Shown here one piece after another: positions 11,512 through 22,822 of a stretch of 64,000 nucleotides of DNA. The position numbers and the translations under genes were made by a program. Numbering within the stretch: the stretch's first letter is position 1; each line of letters opens with the position of its first letter. The stretch comes from Carcharhinus longimanus (Eukaryota): contig JASCQW010000137.1 of the NCBI GenBank assembly GCA_030264375.1, positions 36,192,071-36,256,070 of the forward strand. The letters are read 5' to 3'. The notes beneath the pieces are model-generated. The model was not told where the DNA came from, did not search any database, and worked only from the letters and a program-made list of their open reading frames with translations.

Positions 11512-12414
11512 CTTCCATCCTGTCCTCTGTTGAAGGGACAGCACCATCCGATTGATAAACAGACTATCAATGCACTCTTTGATTACCTACCTAAGNNNNN
11601 NNNNNACTCTTAATGTAGGGAGAAAACCTTTGTTCGTTCCCTTCCATCTCTTTGCAGATGGTGCAGCTGAAATTTGCCTGGGAAGGAACAAGCAAACTGT
11701 CAAAGCTATGGTGCTTGCAAACTCAGGTCGCCATGTTAAGTGGAAGCACCCCATGTTCTAACTGTTGTGTTGATTTCATAATATATTCTATTGACAAGCA
11801 GTTTTAAGATAATATCCGTGGGTCACTCTCTGATATAATAAGTGTCACAGCACTGGAATTAAATTTAATGACCCGTGTTCTGAACATTCTTAATTGACCA
11901 TAAAATTCCCTGCAAAAATGCAGTCAAAATTCTAATGCTATGGCTGTTCAAATAGCATCCATGAGTCAATATATGTACAGTTCACCAGTTAGGTCAGCGT
12001 AAAAGTTCAAACAAGAGCACACGCATATGAAAGTGGTAACTTTAGTACGTAGCAGTGGACCAATGCTGCTGCGCTTTAAAGCAAATTTTCATGCATTGGT
12101 TTCTCAAATGAATTAGTGGTGTTTATTCAGCTGAAATGAACAAAAATAAAGGAAAATTTGACCAGTTTCTGCTGACCTTTGATCAGACGGCAGAACCAAT
12201 CGCATTAAAAAGTACGCAAAGGAAACTCTATATTTATTTATTGGGTAATGGTAAATTCTGCAATTTCACTTTGCAGTAACCCTTCGCATTTGCCACTTGA
12301 AGAGAGGATCAGTTCCTGGTATACCCTGCACTGAAAACCCATTTCAAGATGTTGCCTTGATCATTGGAGACATTCACACAGGGATATGCACTACAACGCA
12401 AACTCCTGAAATAC

Positions 12415-12542
12415 AGGGGCAAATTTTCCCATTCCGCCCACCAAGGGGATCGTAGTAAGCGAAGGGCAGACCATCGAAAGGTCGATTGATCTCAGACAGG
12501 GTTTCTCGGTTTCGGGGTGAATGTAGCCAGAAAATCCCGTCC
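12415..12542. mobile_element. ~125-bp Harbinger-type MITE
   Basis: Imperfect TIRs ggggcaaattttcc / gaaaatcccgtcc; related to 38382-38502, 52103-52214 and 62600-62715. Confidence 0.6.
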
Positions 12543-13424
12543 ACACTTTTGCTTTTGTTTGTTGAATGCATCGAGTCATGCTGGTACAGAGACTAACGCC
12601 TTGGCCAAGTGTCTAGTCCTCAGAACACTATCAAACTATAAAGTGTAAACTCAGGCCCCAGTCTGTCCCATTCCTTGACCTATATAGTACACATAACGGT
12701 ACATATTCCCAGCAGGAATCACTGCAATCGGAAACAGAAACCTCGGCTTATTTTATTCCTCCGTTTCAAACGTTCATGCACTGAATTCCTTTTGCTGTTG
12801 TCCCTGCTTGAGATCTGCATTTTTGGGGGTGGTGGATGTGGCAGTGGCGGGGGGGGAGCGGGAGGTGAAGTGGTTTTGTGGGGACAGGAGGTGGGGGGCA
12901 TCACCAGTTCTGGCAGTATCTGTAAAGCGAGAAACAGAGTTAACATTTTGACTCCAATATGAGTTTGAGCAGAAATCTGCTGGGATTTTCTACATCCGCC
13001 TTAGTATTTTCATAATCCACACAGCGAAAATCACCATGACAAATAAAGACAAGGATGTCACCTTGAAAAATGTTGGCCTAACACTATTAAACGTTTAATT
13101 GCTATTTCTTTGAGCAGAAACGTTTGAAACATTTACTTTAAGTCAGGTAAGGAACATTTTATTCATGCTTCAAGAGAATCAAAATGATTGTGAACCAGAT
13201 ACAATTTTTTTTCTGTATTTCTGGCAAAACATATGAGTGGTAGAAGTGGAAATATAAATTACTGCGGCTGACAGTTGGCAGACAAACAAGTAGGATTTTT
13301 AGAACTTCCCAAAATAGAGAAATGGAAATTATACTACGCTCAGGATTTGAGGCTGACTACAATGGCTTAAATTTCTTCCAATTCTTTCACAGGGGTGGTA
13401 CGGTGTAATCTCTGAGACAGCAGA

Positions 13425-13670
13425 GATTATCACTGCTGTCTCACAGTACTAGGGACCTGGTTCGATTCCCAGCTTGGGTCACTGAATGTGGAGTCTGCAC
13501 GTTCTCCCTGTGTCTGCGTGGGTTTCCTCTGGGTGCTCTTGGTTTCCTCCCTGCTGAATTCTCTCCCAGTGTACACAAACAGGCACCAAAATGTGATGAC
13601 CAGGCGATTTTCACAGTAACTTCATTGCAGTGTTAATGTCAGCCTTACTTGCAACAATAATACATTTTAA
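13425..13670 (+). mobile_element. tRNA-derived SINE, alternative-tail subfamily
   Basis: B-box ggttcgattcc, core, and tail tttcacagtaacttcattgcagtgttaatg. Confidence 0.85.
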
Positions 13671-14222
13671 AGCATGAGTCTCATGCACACAGAACCATCT
13701 CCCATATAAGTGACATACAACTTTCAAAACATGGCATTGTATCCTCTACTGATCTATTTGTGCATATAACAAATATCTTCCAATATTGACCATGAGACAG
13801 GAGAGAGAGAATGAAAATGCAGAAGAAAAGCACAGGCTGAATTTTTCATGGGCTGGGGTGGGATGGAGAGGTTGGAGGGGTTGGTGACTGGGGCAGGGGA
13901 GGTCCAGAATGCTTGGTCCCCTGGTCAAAAAGTTAATCAATTTTAAAAAGGGAACACCACAGTGGTAACACACTGTGGATTATTTTACCAAGCTGAGGCT
14001 TGGCCTTCCATCCCAATCTGAGCAGCGCTAGTAGTCCCAGGAGCACCAGAGGTGTGGGGGGAGGGGTGTGTGTGAAAGGGCACCTTAATGAGTGGTGAGA
14101 GTCTCTGAGTCTCACTTAGGTTCAAACTAGATTCGGGACATAGCAGGAATGAGCAACAATGGCAAGTGAGGTGTTAAAACAACAATTTTATTGAACATTA
14201 AATGCTGATAATAATAAAACAA

Positions 14223-15400
14223 TTATATTTGATAATACATTGAAAAAAGAATAAAAAAGGAAGAAACTTTATTTGAAGGGGAAAGCACTTTATATCGGAG
14301 GAAAGAAAGACAGACAGATGTGCTTTTAAACACAAAAAATAATTTCAAATTGGTCTGTTCCATGATACCTCCCCAAATTGGTACACATGTCGCTGTTCCC
14401 TTGATAACCAACATTACCAAGTCGTTGAGTAACCTCAATATGTGGACACTAAGTTCGGACACTCCGGGCCCTTTGTCCTGTTGTTTGTGGATTACTATCC
14501 CACTCTGGCTGCAGCATCGGAACGCCTAAGCAATCTCTCTTTTAAGCTGAATTTCCACTTCGCTCCGGTCCTTGAAACCTGCTCCCGTCTTTCCCAAAAT
14601 AAATCTCAGCTCTTATCAGTCCTCCCCACAGGCCTTTTTCAGTTGAGAGGGGTCAGGCACCCAAAGGAGGGAGGGGGATGGTGGGGGAGAGTGAGCGGGT
14701 TGAAGGGCGGGTTCTGGAGGCCATGCAGGAAAGCACAAAAGGGGATGTCTACAATCTTAGTGCGGACTCACGTACGCTGAGGTGAACAGTGTACCTATCA
14801 AAGGATGTTCCTTCTCACCTTTTCACTAATTCGGGTGAAAAAAACAACTTCCCCACTCTCTCCCACTTGCCACTGTGCACGGAAGAAGCAAAATTAGGAC
14901 ATTATGAAGATACTTGCCACTTGAGGGCCTCAGGGCAGACAGCCTAGTGTGTACCATAACCACCATCATAGCATTATGGGAACTGTGTTGGGGTGGCAGG
15001 AAGGTGTAGGGTAACCACCCATCACACTGTATGTGCACCCCAACCAAAAACATGCCAGGTGGTGGGAGGTGGGGTATGCAAAATCTGGTCCGCTGTTTTC
15101 ATTTCTCTTTATGTGAAACAGAAACCCTTTTAGGCTGTCGCACATCAATTCCGAAACTTTTGTTCCATATTCCTCTCCTTTCGTACCTGGGGAGCTGTTG
15201 ATATCCTTGTACTACAAAGTGAAAAGTGGGAGCAGGTTTAGAACATTATCATCAGGTCTCTATCCAGATTACATTGCACTGGGATTTTCCACACCTTTGC
15301 TCAATAAAACCCTCTTATGGATTCCTTGCACCGGAAGCTCGGAGGACAATTCTAAGGTCTTGGCATTTTTCACATTTCCTCTCTCAAGAGTAAAAACCAT
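14223..15400 (-). pseudogene. Endogenous papillomavirus-like E2 gene remnant (TAD, hinge, DBD), with frameshifts and stops
   Basis: ATG at 15400 (MVFTL), then in order: ER..CQDLRIVLRASG; KVW..NV; KPAPTF; RYE..IW..VSELM..PK; TTWHVF; CDGW; YDGGY (14970); SGKWE (14874); a Ser/Pro/Arg-rich hinge at ~14720-14640. ORF 14462-14223 then reads RLLNDL-VMLVIKGTA..LFFVFKSTSVCLSFL..VLSP, matching the E2 DBD pattern RLL..+++KG.A and F.S-x6-FL..V.LP. Total length ~390 codons fits E2. Confidence 0.62.
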
Positions 15401-15489
15401 TTTGGCCAATTTTCTTTAAGACTTCTCCCCCTTTTCCTGTCCAGTGTGTCTTTTAATAATATTATATTATTATAATAATAATATTTTAG

Positions 15490-15590
15490 TCCCTTGAGAT
15501 GAAGGACAAGCAGCCAATTTGAACCATTAACATGCCTTATTCCGTTAAAAGCGAAACTGCAATTTTACGGCTGGCCAAATAATTTAAACC
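15490..15590 (-). pseudogene. Papillomavirus-like E1 C-terminal remnant
   Basis: LNYLASR (15587-15567), frameshifted LQFRF, then VNGSNW (to 15514) and SFISR (15506-15492). This matches E1 YLHSR+..F.F..+N..NWKSFFSR and lies immediately upstream of the E2-like start. Confidence 0.6.
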
Positions 15591-15592
15591 CT

Positions 15593-15705
15593 AAAAGCAA
15601 ATTACAGTAGATGCTGGAATCTGAGACAAAAACAGAAAATGCCGGAAAATCTCAACTGGTCTGGAGAGAGAACAGAGCCAAGGCTTCAAATGTGGATGAG
15701 CTGAA
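15593..15705 (-). mobile_element. Penelope-like element terminal repeat (pLTR) fragment
   Basis: aaaagcaaattacagtagatgctggaatctgagacaaaaacagaaaatgccgg is the reverse complement of the pLTR at 41120-41195. Confidence 0.75.
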
Positions 15706-15756
15706 GAGAACTGGGCATTGGTTGTTGGGTGTGAAAAAATTTAAACCTTTAGAAGG

Positions 15757-16093
15757 CTATGGTAGCACAGTGATTAGCACTGCTGCCCCAGAACACCAGA
15801 GACCCAGGTTCAATTCCAGCCTTGGGTGACTGTGTGGAGTTTGTACATTCTCTCCGTGTCCCAAGTGGGTTTCCTCCGGGTGCTCCAGTTTCCTCCCACA
15901 GTCCAAAGATGTGCAGGTTAGGTGGATCGGTCAAGTTAAATTGCCTCTTGGTGTCCCAAGATGTCTCGGTTGCATGGGTTAACCATGATAAATGTGTGGG
16001 GTAACGGGGATAGGGCCTGAGGTCAATGAGTCTCTGCAAACTTGATGGGCTGAATGGTCTCTTTCAGCACTGTAGGGATTCAATGATTCAATG
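15757..16093 (+). mobile_element. tRNA-derived SINE (CR1-type tail)
   Basis: Head, core and tail all present. Confidence 0.9.
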
Positions 16094-17326
16094 ACAGTAT
16101 ACAGTCCGGCAGCAAGATAAAACATTGCTGCTTACTTTCCCAGAATAAATAGTCTCTCTTGAATGATTCTTGAGGAAACGTTTCTCCAAGTGCTCTGGAC
16201 AAGAGGAAATACTGAATGTGTGTTTTCACATAATGCCTCAGCAGAATGGCAGAGGATAAAAGTACTTGAAGTAAGTTAAATGAGTTTATCAGATTGCTCC
16301 TGTTGCTCTATATTTGTATATATTCACAATGAGACCAGAGCAAAGATCTCAAATTTGCCTTTCAAGACATCACCCACTACGTGTTTCAGATTTCACAAAG
16401 TTTCATTATCCACCTTTGCAATTATCATCTAAACTTTCCAGTGTATAATTCTTTTAACTGGATGTACAATTTAGACTCAATTAGTCCTAATTATAGCTTG
16501 GAAGCCAGCAGTGAGGACCATTAATGGAGAGACGCTCACGCCCGAAGGTTATTTCAGCTTTTTGAAAGGAACAGCTTAAGCTGCTCGTATAGCCACTAAC
16601 AAAGTCTTCATCACACTCCCAGCTAGTAATCCGAGAGGTTGCAATGACAGTGCAAATGCTCTTTCCAGGAGGCATTTCGAGATAATGTTCCTCATGTGTG
16701 GCTTGGACCAGTCGTCTGACATCAAAGGAGGGGAAACACATCCCATCTGACAAGAGTACAGGCTGGAGTGCAGAGGCTACAAGTTACAATTACAGCTAAG
16801 CAAACATCCCTGCCCTGGTTCTGCAGTATCTGGGAGAGATTTGAGCTTGAATAGAAAATAATAATCAGATCACGGTGGCCAAGATCATGTTGCGGGGATT
16901 ATAATGTAGAAAAATATAGCCATGGAAAGAGAATTTCATTTTTTTTCACCAATGCCAGTAGAAGGATGATTGAAAATTAGAACAGTGTTGAAATAGTTTT
17001 CATCCACTGACCTTGCAAGAGGAATTGCATCAGTTACAAGCAACACTGAGAATTATTTCCACTGGATGAGAAAAAGACAATTTAAAATGAACTTGTGATT
17101 TTAATGTGACGCTCAATGGAAATTGAAATAATTCTTTGCTGGTAATAAAATAACTAGACTTGTACGCTAGAGAATCATAGTGGGACTCGATAGAAGTATG
17201 ATCATACATTTGTATGATGGGAAGATGACAGCGTTTTGCCTTCATTTACCCACTGTTTATAATAGCTTAAGACACTGTTTAAAAAATGCACATTCCTGCA
17301 TGATTCCAACTCATTTTGTGTTCCCG

Positions 17327-17530
17327 AAAACAAAAACAGAAAATGCTGGAAACATTCAGCATCTGTGGAACCCAGACCAATGAGTGTTTCAAGTGTAAAC
17401 TCTTCGTGAACTGTTCGGATTAAAATTCTACACCTGAAGCATGAGTTATTCCATCCACTCTGCAAATGTTGACTGACCTGCTGAACATTTCAGCCTTTGT
17501 TTCAAATTTCCAGTTTCTGCAGGTTTTTCT
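17327..17530. mobile_element. Inverted pair of Penelope pLTR fragments
   Basis: aaaaacagaaaatgctggaaacattcagc..tgtgga faces tccactctgcaaatgttgactgacctgctgaacatttcagc..tttccag. Confidence 0.6.
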
Positions 17531-17589
17531 TTGCGGACCTCTGAGGCTCATCTCTTTATTTTCCCATGATGGCACAGTGGATTTTACAG

Positions 17590-17892
17590 TGATGCAGTGG
17601 TTAGCACTGCTGCCTCACTGCGACAGGGACCCAGGCTTGATTCCCAGCTTGAGTCAATGTCTGTGTGGACCCTGCACATTCTCCCTGTGTCTGCGTGGGT
17701 TTCCTATGGGTGCTTAGTTTCCTCCCACAGTCTGAAAGATGTGCCGGTTAGGTGCACTGGCCTTGCTAAATTCTCCCTCAGTGCACCCAAACAGGCGCTG
17801 CAGTGTGGTGACCAAAGGATTTTCACAGTAACTTCATTGCAGTGTTAATGTAAGCCGCCGGCTTGTGACACGAATAAATAAACAAACTTTAA
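17590..17892 (+). mobile_element. tRNA-derived SINE, alternative-tail subfamily
   Basis: Head, core, and tail ending ttgtgacacgaataaataa. Confidence 0.9.
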
Positions 17893-17921
17893 AACCACTA
17901 ACTTCAAGTCCATTCAAGGCT

Positions 17922-18235
17922 TTGTGGCATAATGGTTAGCACTGCTGCTTCACAGTGCCAGGGTCTCAGGTTCAAATCCCGGCCTCAGGTCACTGTCTGT
18001 GTGAAGTTTCACATTCTCCCCATGTCTGTGCCCCTTTGCTCCAGGTGCTCTGGTTCCCTCTCACAGTCCAAAGATGTGCAGGTTAGGTTGATTGGCCATG
18101 CTAAATTGAACTTAGTGTCAGGGAGCTTAGCAGGGTAAATGCATGGGGTTGTGGAAATAGGGCCTGGCTAGGATTGTAGTCGGTACAGACTCAATGGGCT
18201 GAATGGCCTCCTTCTGCACTGTAGGAACCTGTGAT
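17922..18235 (+). mobile_element. tRNA-derived SINE (CR1-type tail)
   Basis: Head, core and tail present. Confidence 0.9.
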
Positions 18236-19007
18236 TTGTTTGCTTTCCTTCAATGGAATGTATCGTTGTTGAGGATAAAGCAATTGTCTTTTGAGCAATT
18301 CTAATCTAGGGCTCAAGATTGTTACAGCAATAAACCCAAAAGAATAGCCTAGAGCCAGAATGTTACACCTCTCCGTTCTTGTCTTTGAACCAATGAACAT
18401 GGAAATGATAAATTTTGTGCATTCCTCCTGGAAACAGTGGAGTCCTGAGGAATCCTTGCTAAAACAAACTCAGTCGGAATGATCTGTAATGGCACTTTAT
18501 ATGAAAATAAGTAAACATAAGAATTTTAGTTTCTTTTTGCTACTTGTCCCTGTTGGTGCTTCTCGACATTTCTCTACAGGGAGAAGGAGCAAGCTGGGTT
18601 TAATTTGCATGCGTGAGTTAAAATAATCTTCGTATTACTGCTTGAGATACACCAATTATTGTGTTGAAATGTTAGATTTTCAGCGGAGAGGTACATCAAT
18701 GTTCAGAAGGAATGAGTTCCATATGGTTGGAAATGTCGCCTGTTCAGAGTTCATTACTGCGAAGAAACATATTCACAATCACCAGGTTAACTGGAGAACC
18801 ATTTACCAAATCCTTCCAAAAGATCCAAAATGGTGGAATACCCATCAGCATAAATAAACAGAAGTTGGATAATATAGTTGTTTTGGAGGTTTCAGAATGC
18901 TGTGGAATTTTCTGATGGCAGTCAGAACCTTTTCATCCGGAAGTTCACTAAATCTGAACCCATAAATTCACTGTTCATGAAATCTAAAGTAGAGCAAAAT
19001 TTATTCA

Positions 19008-19244
19008 TTATGTAAGGTTTACATTAATACTGCAATGAAGTTCGGTGAAATTCCCTTAGCTGCCGCTGTCCGGCACCTGTTCGGGTCAATGCACCCAACC
19101 AGCACATCTTTCAGAATGTGGGAGGAAACCAGAGCACTCAGAGGAAACTCACGCAGACATGGGACAGTGAACCAAGCAGGAATCAAATCTGGCTCCCTAG
19201 TGCTGTGAGACAGCAGTGCTAACCACTGTGCTACTGTACTGCCC
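19008..19244 (-). mobile_element. tRNA-derived SINE, alternative-tail subfamily
   Basis: Reverse head and core with the acattaatactgcaatgaag tail. Confidence 0.85.
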
Positions 19245-19699
19245 TAATGCGTTGCTCAAGTTTAGTTGTAAACTCCATCAAGCTAGTTAATAGAACAGAG
19301 AGGCAGAGGCTGGTGCTTAACAAGGTGATCATAGCAAATGGTTCAGACAAAATCTTCAGGACTAGCAGGCTGCCATTTTGTAAATACAGGGGGAATTACT
19401 GAAATTTTCTTAGCCTAGCTTTTTACTTCTGAGTACCATTTGTTCAGAATACAATCTCTCACTTGTTTAAAAGTACATTTAGATCATTCACGCAAAACAA
19501 CCTCAGTAATTAACTTCTGTGTGATGTAACCATTTTAGAAATAATATGAAATAGGTAAATATTTTAGGAGAGGGATATTATTTTTCAATTTTTTCAGGAA
19601 GCTAAGGGTAACAGATATAAAGGGAATGTACGAGCAATCGTGAACATCCCAGTAAATAATGATCATGAAGCCAATCATATCTATTCATGTCTATCGGAC

Positions 19700-19945
19700 A
19701 GTATCGCAGCATTGTTGCGATGCGGAAGGCGGCCATTTGGCCTATTGTTTCAGCACCAGCTCTCCAAACAAGCATCATAACTTGGTGCCTTTTTATCCCA
19801 TGCCTTTTCCCCGTACCCCTGCACGGCGTTCCTCTTCAAATAATCATCTAATATCCTCTTGAATTCCTCAGCTGAACTTGCCACCACCACTCTTCCAGGC
19901 ACAGCAATTCAGACCTGAACAACCCCTGTGAAAAAGTTTTTTCTC
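19700..19945 (-). mobile_element. CR1 LINE 3' end
   Basis: gaaggcggccatttggccta..ccttttccccgtacccctgcac..ccaccactcttccaggc..gtgaaaaagtttttt. Confidence 0.7.
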
Positions 19946-19953
19946 GTCCTTCC

Positions 19954-20539
19954 ATGTATAAAAGATGATAAGCAGCGTGACAACTTTAACCAGGCAATTG
20001 AGGTTGGCCTATTGGAATGTGAACTCCCTGATTAAGGGACAAATTGATGGGCCAGACAGGGAGCCCATCTATGAACTATGAGGAGAGGCTGGATAAACTA
20101 GGCTTGTACTCGTTAGAGTTTAGAAGAATGAGGGGGATCTCATTGAGACATATAAGATGATGAATGGGATGGATAGGATAGAGGTGGAGAGGCTCTTCCC
20201 GCTCAGAAAGGANNNNNNNNNNNNNNNNNNNNNNNNNNNNNNNNNNNNNNNNNNNNNNNNNNNNNNNNNNNNNNNNNNNNNNNNNNNNNNNNNNNNNNNN
20301 NNNNNNNNNNNNCCATGATCTTATTGAATGGCGGGGCAGGCTCAAAGGGCTAGATGGCTTACTCCTGCTCCTATTTCTTATGTTCTTATGAGCTCCTTGC
20401 TTTCTATTTAACCAGGAGTATCAGTTCCTCTGGGACATCGAGTGTAGACTGCAAACTGAAAACACTCTGTATGCAATTGTCAGGGTAGTAAATCAAAGGA
20501 TTTTGGTGAAGGGACTTCTTCCTCCGATGGCTTATTACA
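19954..20539 (+). mobile_element. Probable solo LTR (Gypsy-like) interrupted by a CR1 3' end at ~20070-20390
   Basis: TG..CA ends (tgtataa..ttattaca), a TATA-like ctatttaa, and a downstream aaaggattttggtgaagggac. No clear TSD. The inner CR1 reads YEERLDKLGLYSLEFRRMRGDLIETYK. Confidence 0.45.
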
Positions 20540-20617
20540 GGCACACAGTGAACAATCCACTTCAGATGGGTCGCTTTCATTTAATGCATCTTTGCTGATT
20601 GTGGAAGAACAATCCAT

Positions 20618-20705
20618 GAAACACAAACAGAAAATGCTGGAAAACCTCAGCAAGTTTGACAGCATCTGTGGAGAGACAACGTTTGGGTGACTTTTCATCA
20701 GAGCT
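20618..20705 (-). mobile_element. Penelope pLTR fragment with decayed hammerhead core
   Basis: Reverse strand reads ctCTGATGAaaagtcacccAAAcgttgtctctccacagatgctg. Confidence 0.7.
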
Positions 20706-20892
20706 CCTCCCCTTGAGAAGCAGGTTCTGCCACAAGTGCGAGATGTGAAGTTACCGAGTCTCAGTGTGGGTTGGTTTTCAACATTGGTGTCTTTAGCAAA
20801 GCCACCAGTCAGTGATATTTTCCTCTCTTGGTGCCCCGCAGCAGCAATAATCAATGTTTGTGGTCTTCCTGTTAACCAAAGAACTAGACAAC

Positions 20893-21272
20893 CCCTAAAG
20901 AGGCCACTTGTCCCATCACATCTGCACCTAATCTCTGAGAACAGATCACGCCCAAGCCCTTCCCTCTGCCCTATCCCCTTAATCCTAACCTTAAACCACC
21001 TAACCTGCACATCTTTGCACACTAAGGGGTAATTTACTATGGTTAATCCACCTAACCAGCACATCTTTGCACACTAAGGGGCAATTAGCATGGTTAATCC
21101 ACCTAACTTGCACATCTTTGGACACTAAGGGACAATTTACCATAGCTAATCCACTTAACCTACACATCTTTGGAGACTAAGGGGCAATTTAGCATGGTTA
21201 ATACATCTAATCTGCACATCTTTGCACTGTGGGAGGAAACAGAAGCACCCGGAGGAAACTCACACTGACACC
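20893..21272 (-). mobile_element. SINE with an internal ~52-bp tandem array
   Basis: The SINE core segment ccacctaacctgcacatctttgcacactaaggggcaatttagcatggttaat is repeated ~4.5 times at 20996-21225. Confidence 0.85.
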
Positions 21273-21402
21273 AACCTTGAAACAGGATGATCCACTGGTC
21301 ATATGGCTACAGCTACCTCACCACACAGAAAGCCTTAAGCATGGGGCTATCTCCCGTCCATATTATTATAGTATTATTTATTATTCATAATATCTGGTAT
21401 AA

Positions 21403-21690
21403 TCTGGGAATTATAGACCAGTAAGCCTCAAATCTGTTGTGGGCAAAGTTTTGGAAAGAATTATAAGGGATAGGATTTATAATCATCTAGAGGGAAATAA
21501 ATTGATTAGNNNNNNNNNNNNNNNNNNNNNNNNNNNNNNNNNNNNNNNNNNNNNNNNNNNNNNNNNNNNNNNNNNNNNNNNNNNNNNNNNNNNNNNNNNN
21601 NNNNNNNNNGTCATTAGATTGGTTCCAGTGGTCAGCGCAACATCGAGGGCCGAAGGGCCTGTACTGCGCTGTAATGTTCTATGTTCTATA
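21403..21690 (+). mobile_element. CR1 LINE fragments across an N gap
   Basis: GNYRPVSLKSVVGKVLERIIRDRIYNHLE; after the gap, 3' tail gggccgaagggcctgtactgcgctgtaatgttctatgttcta. Confidence 0.85.
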
Positions 21691-22497
21691 ATGATCTGTG
21701 AATCGTTACAAAAAAGACCTGTGGACCATAAAAAGATACTTCACACCAATCTAGTTATTAGTTGGGAATAGTTATTGTGAATCCTCACGTTTGCAATAGA
21801 CGGACCTCACTTTCATATGTTTAGAATTTAGATTGAGTTTTGAGCAAGCAAATATTAAAGGAATGTGAAAGAAAGTTAAACAACCCTCCTCAGCTTGTTA
21901 AACATTTCAAATTCAGAGCAAAAGGCTCAGCCAAAAAAATATATAACACCTCTGAATTTTAAACCATGTCATAGATAGTTCAAGTATATGGAACATTATT
22001 ATTTTTGCAGATTTTGTTTTCAACTTTTATATGGTCAGTCAGGCTGGATGTTCAGTTCCCCTTTGCCAACCTACCGAGTCAAGGGTCTGTTTGCTTGATC
22101 GATGATGGAAACTCTTTTCCTCATGTACCTAAATCCGAGTTAACAGTTTGGCATGCCGGCATTGGCAGAGTTTAATTGGTAAGAACAGGCAGCAATGCAT
22201 TACTTTCAAAGTCATTTGGAACCAGGTGAAAAGGAACCCAATCTCCAAAAATGGTTCTTCTGTTCCAGCTCCAAACTGTAAGAGTTAATTGCTAGTCAAT
22301 TATCATTAACACCTTGGAGTACCAAGGGCCTGTTAACTTTATGCCAAAAACCTTAACCTTGTCTATGGCTGGGACTCTTTGGTCCCGCTGCAGTGAACAG
22401 GGTTTTGGCAGTGGGCCGGGTACAGACGAAATTGGAGAATCTCTCCCAATGCATTAGATTAAAGAGTCTGTTGTTGAAGATAGTCATGTCCTCTTAG

Positions 22498-22822
22498 AGT
22501 GGCATGGTGGCACATGATTAGCACTGCTGTCTCACAGCTCCAGGGACCGGGGTTCAATTCCCAGTTTGGGTTGCTGTCTGTGTGGAGTTTGCATGTTTTC
22601 CCCATATCTGCGTGTGTTTTCTCTGGGTGCTCTGGTTTCCTCCCACATTCCAAAGATGTGTGGGTTAGGTGGCTTGGCCTTGCTAAATTACCCCTTAGTG
22701 TCAGGGAGGCTAGGAGGGTAAATGCATGAGGTTATGCGGATAGGGCCTGGGTGGGATTGCGGCCGGTGCAAACTTGATGGGCCAAATGGCATCTTCTGCA
22801 CTGTAGGACTCTATGATTTTAT
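22498..22822 (+). mobile_element. tRNA-derived SINE (CR1-type tail)
   Basis: Full length. Confidence 0.9.

Noticed and set aside
12830-12900. Gly-rich / Pro-rich ORFs from a G-rich tract
   Set aside because: Low-complexity sequence with no splice or homology support.
15260-15420. CEKC..RCGKSQC read as a Merlin/IS1595-type zinc ribbon or a papillomavirus E7
   Set aside because: No DDE motifs follow and the spacing does not fit E7. The E1-E2 reading explains many more ordered motifs.
20480-21064. 194-aa minus-strand ORF
   Set aside because: A chance read-through of SINE, pLTR and LTR-like pieces.
20996-21225. Regularly spaced repeats superficially like a CRISPR array
   Set aside because: No unique spacers, the unit is SINE-derived, the context is eukaryotic, and there are no cas genes.
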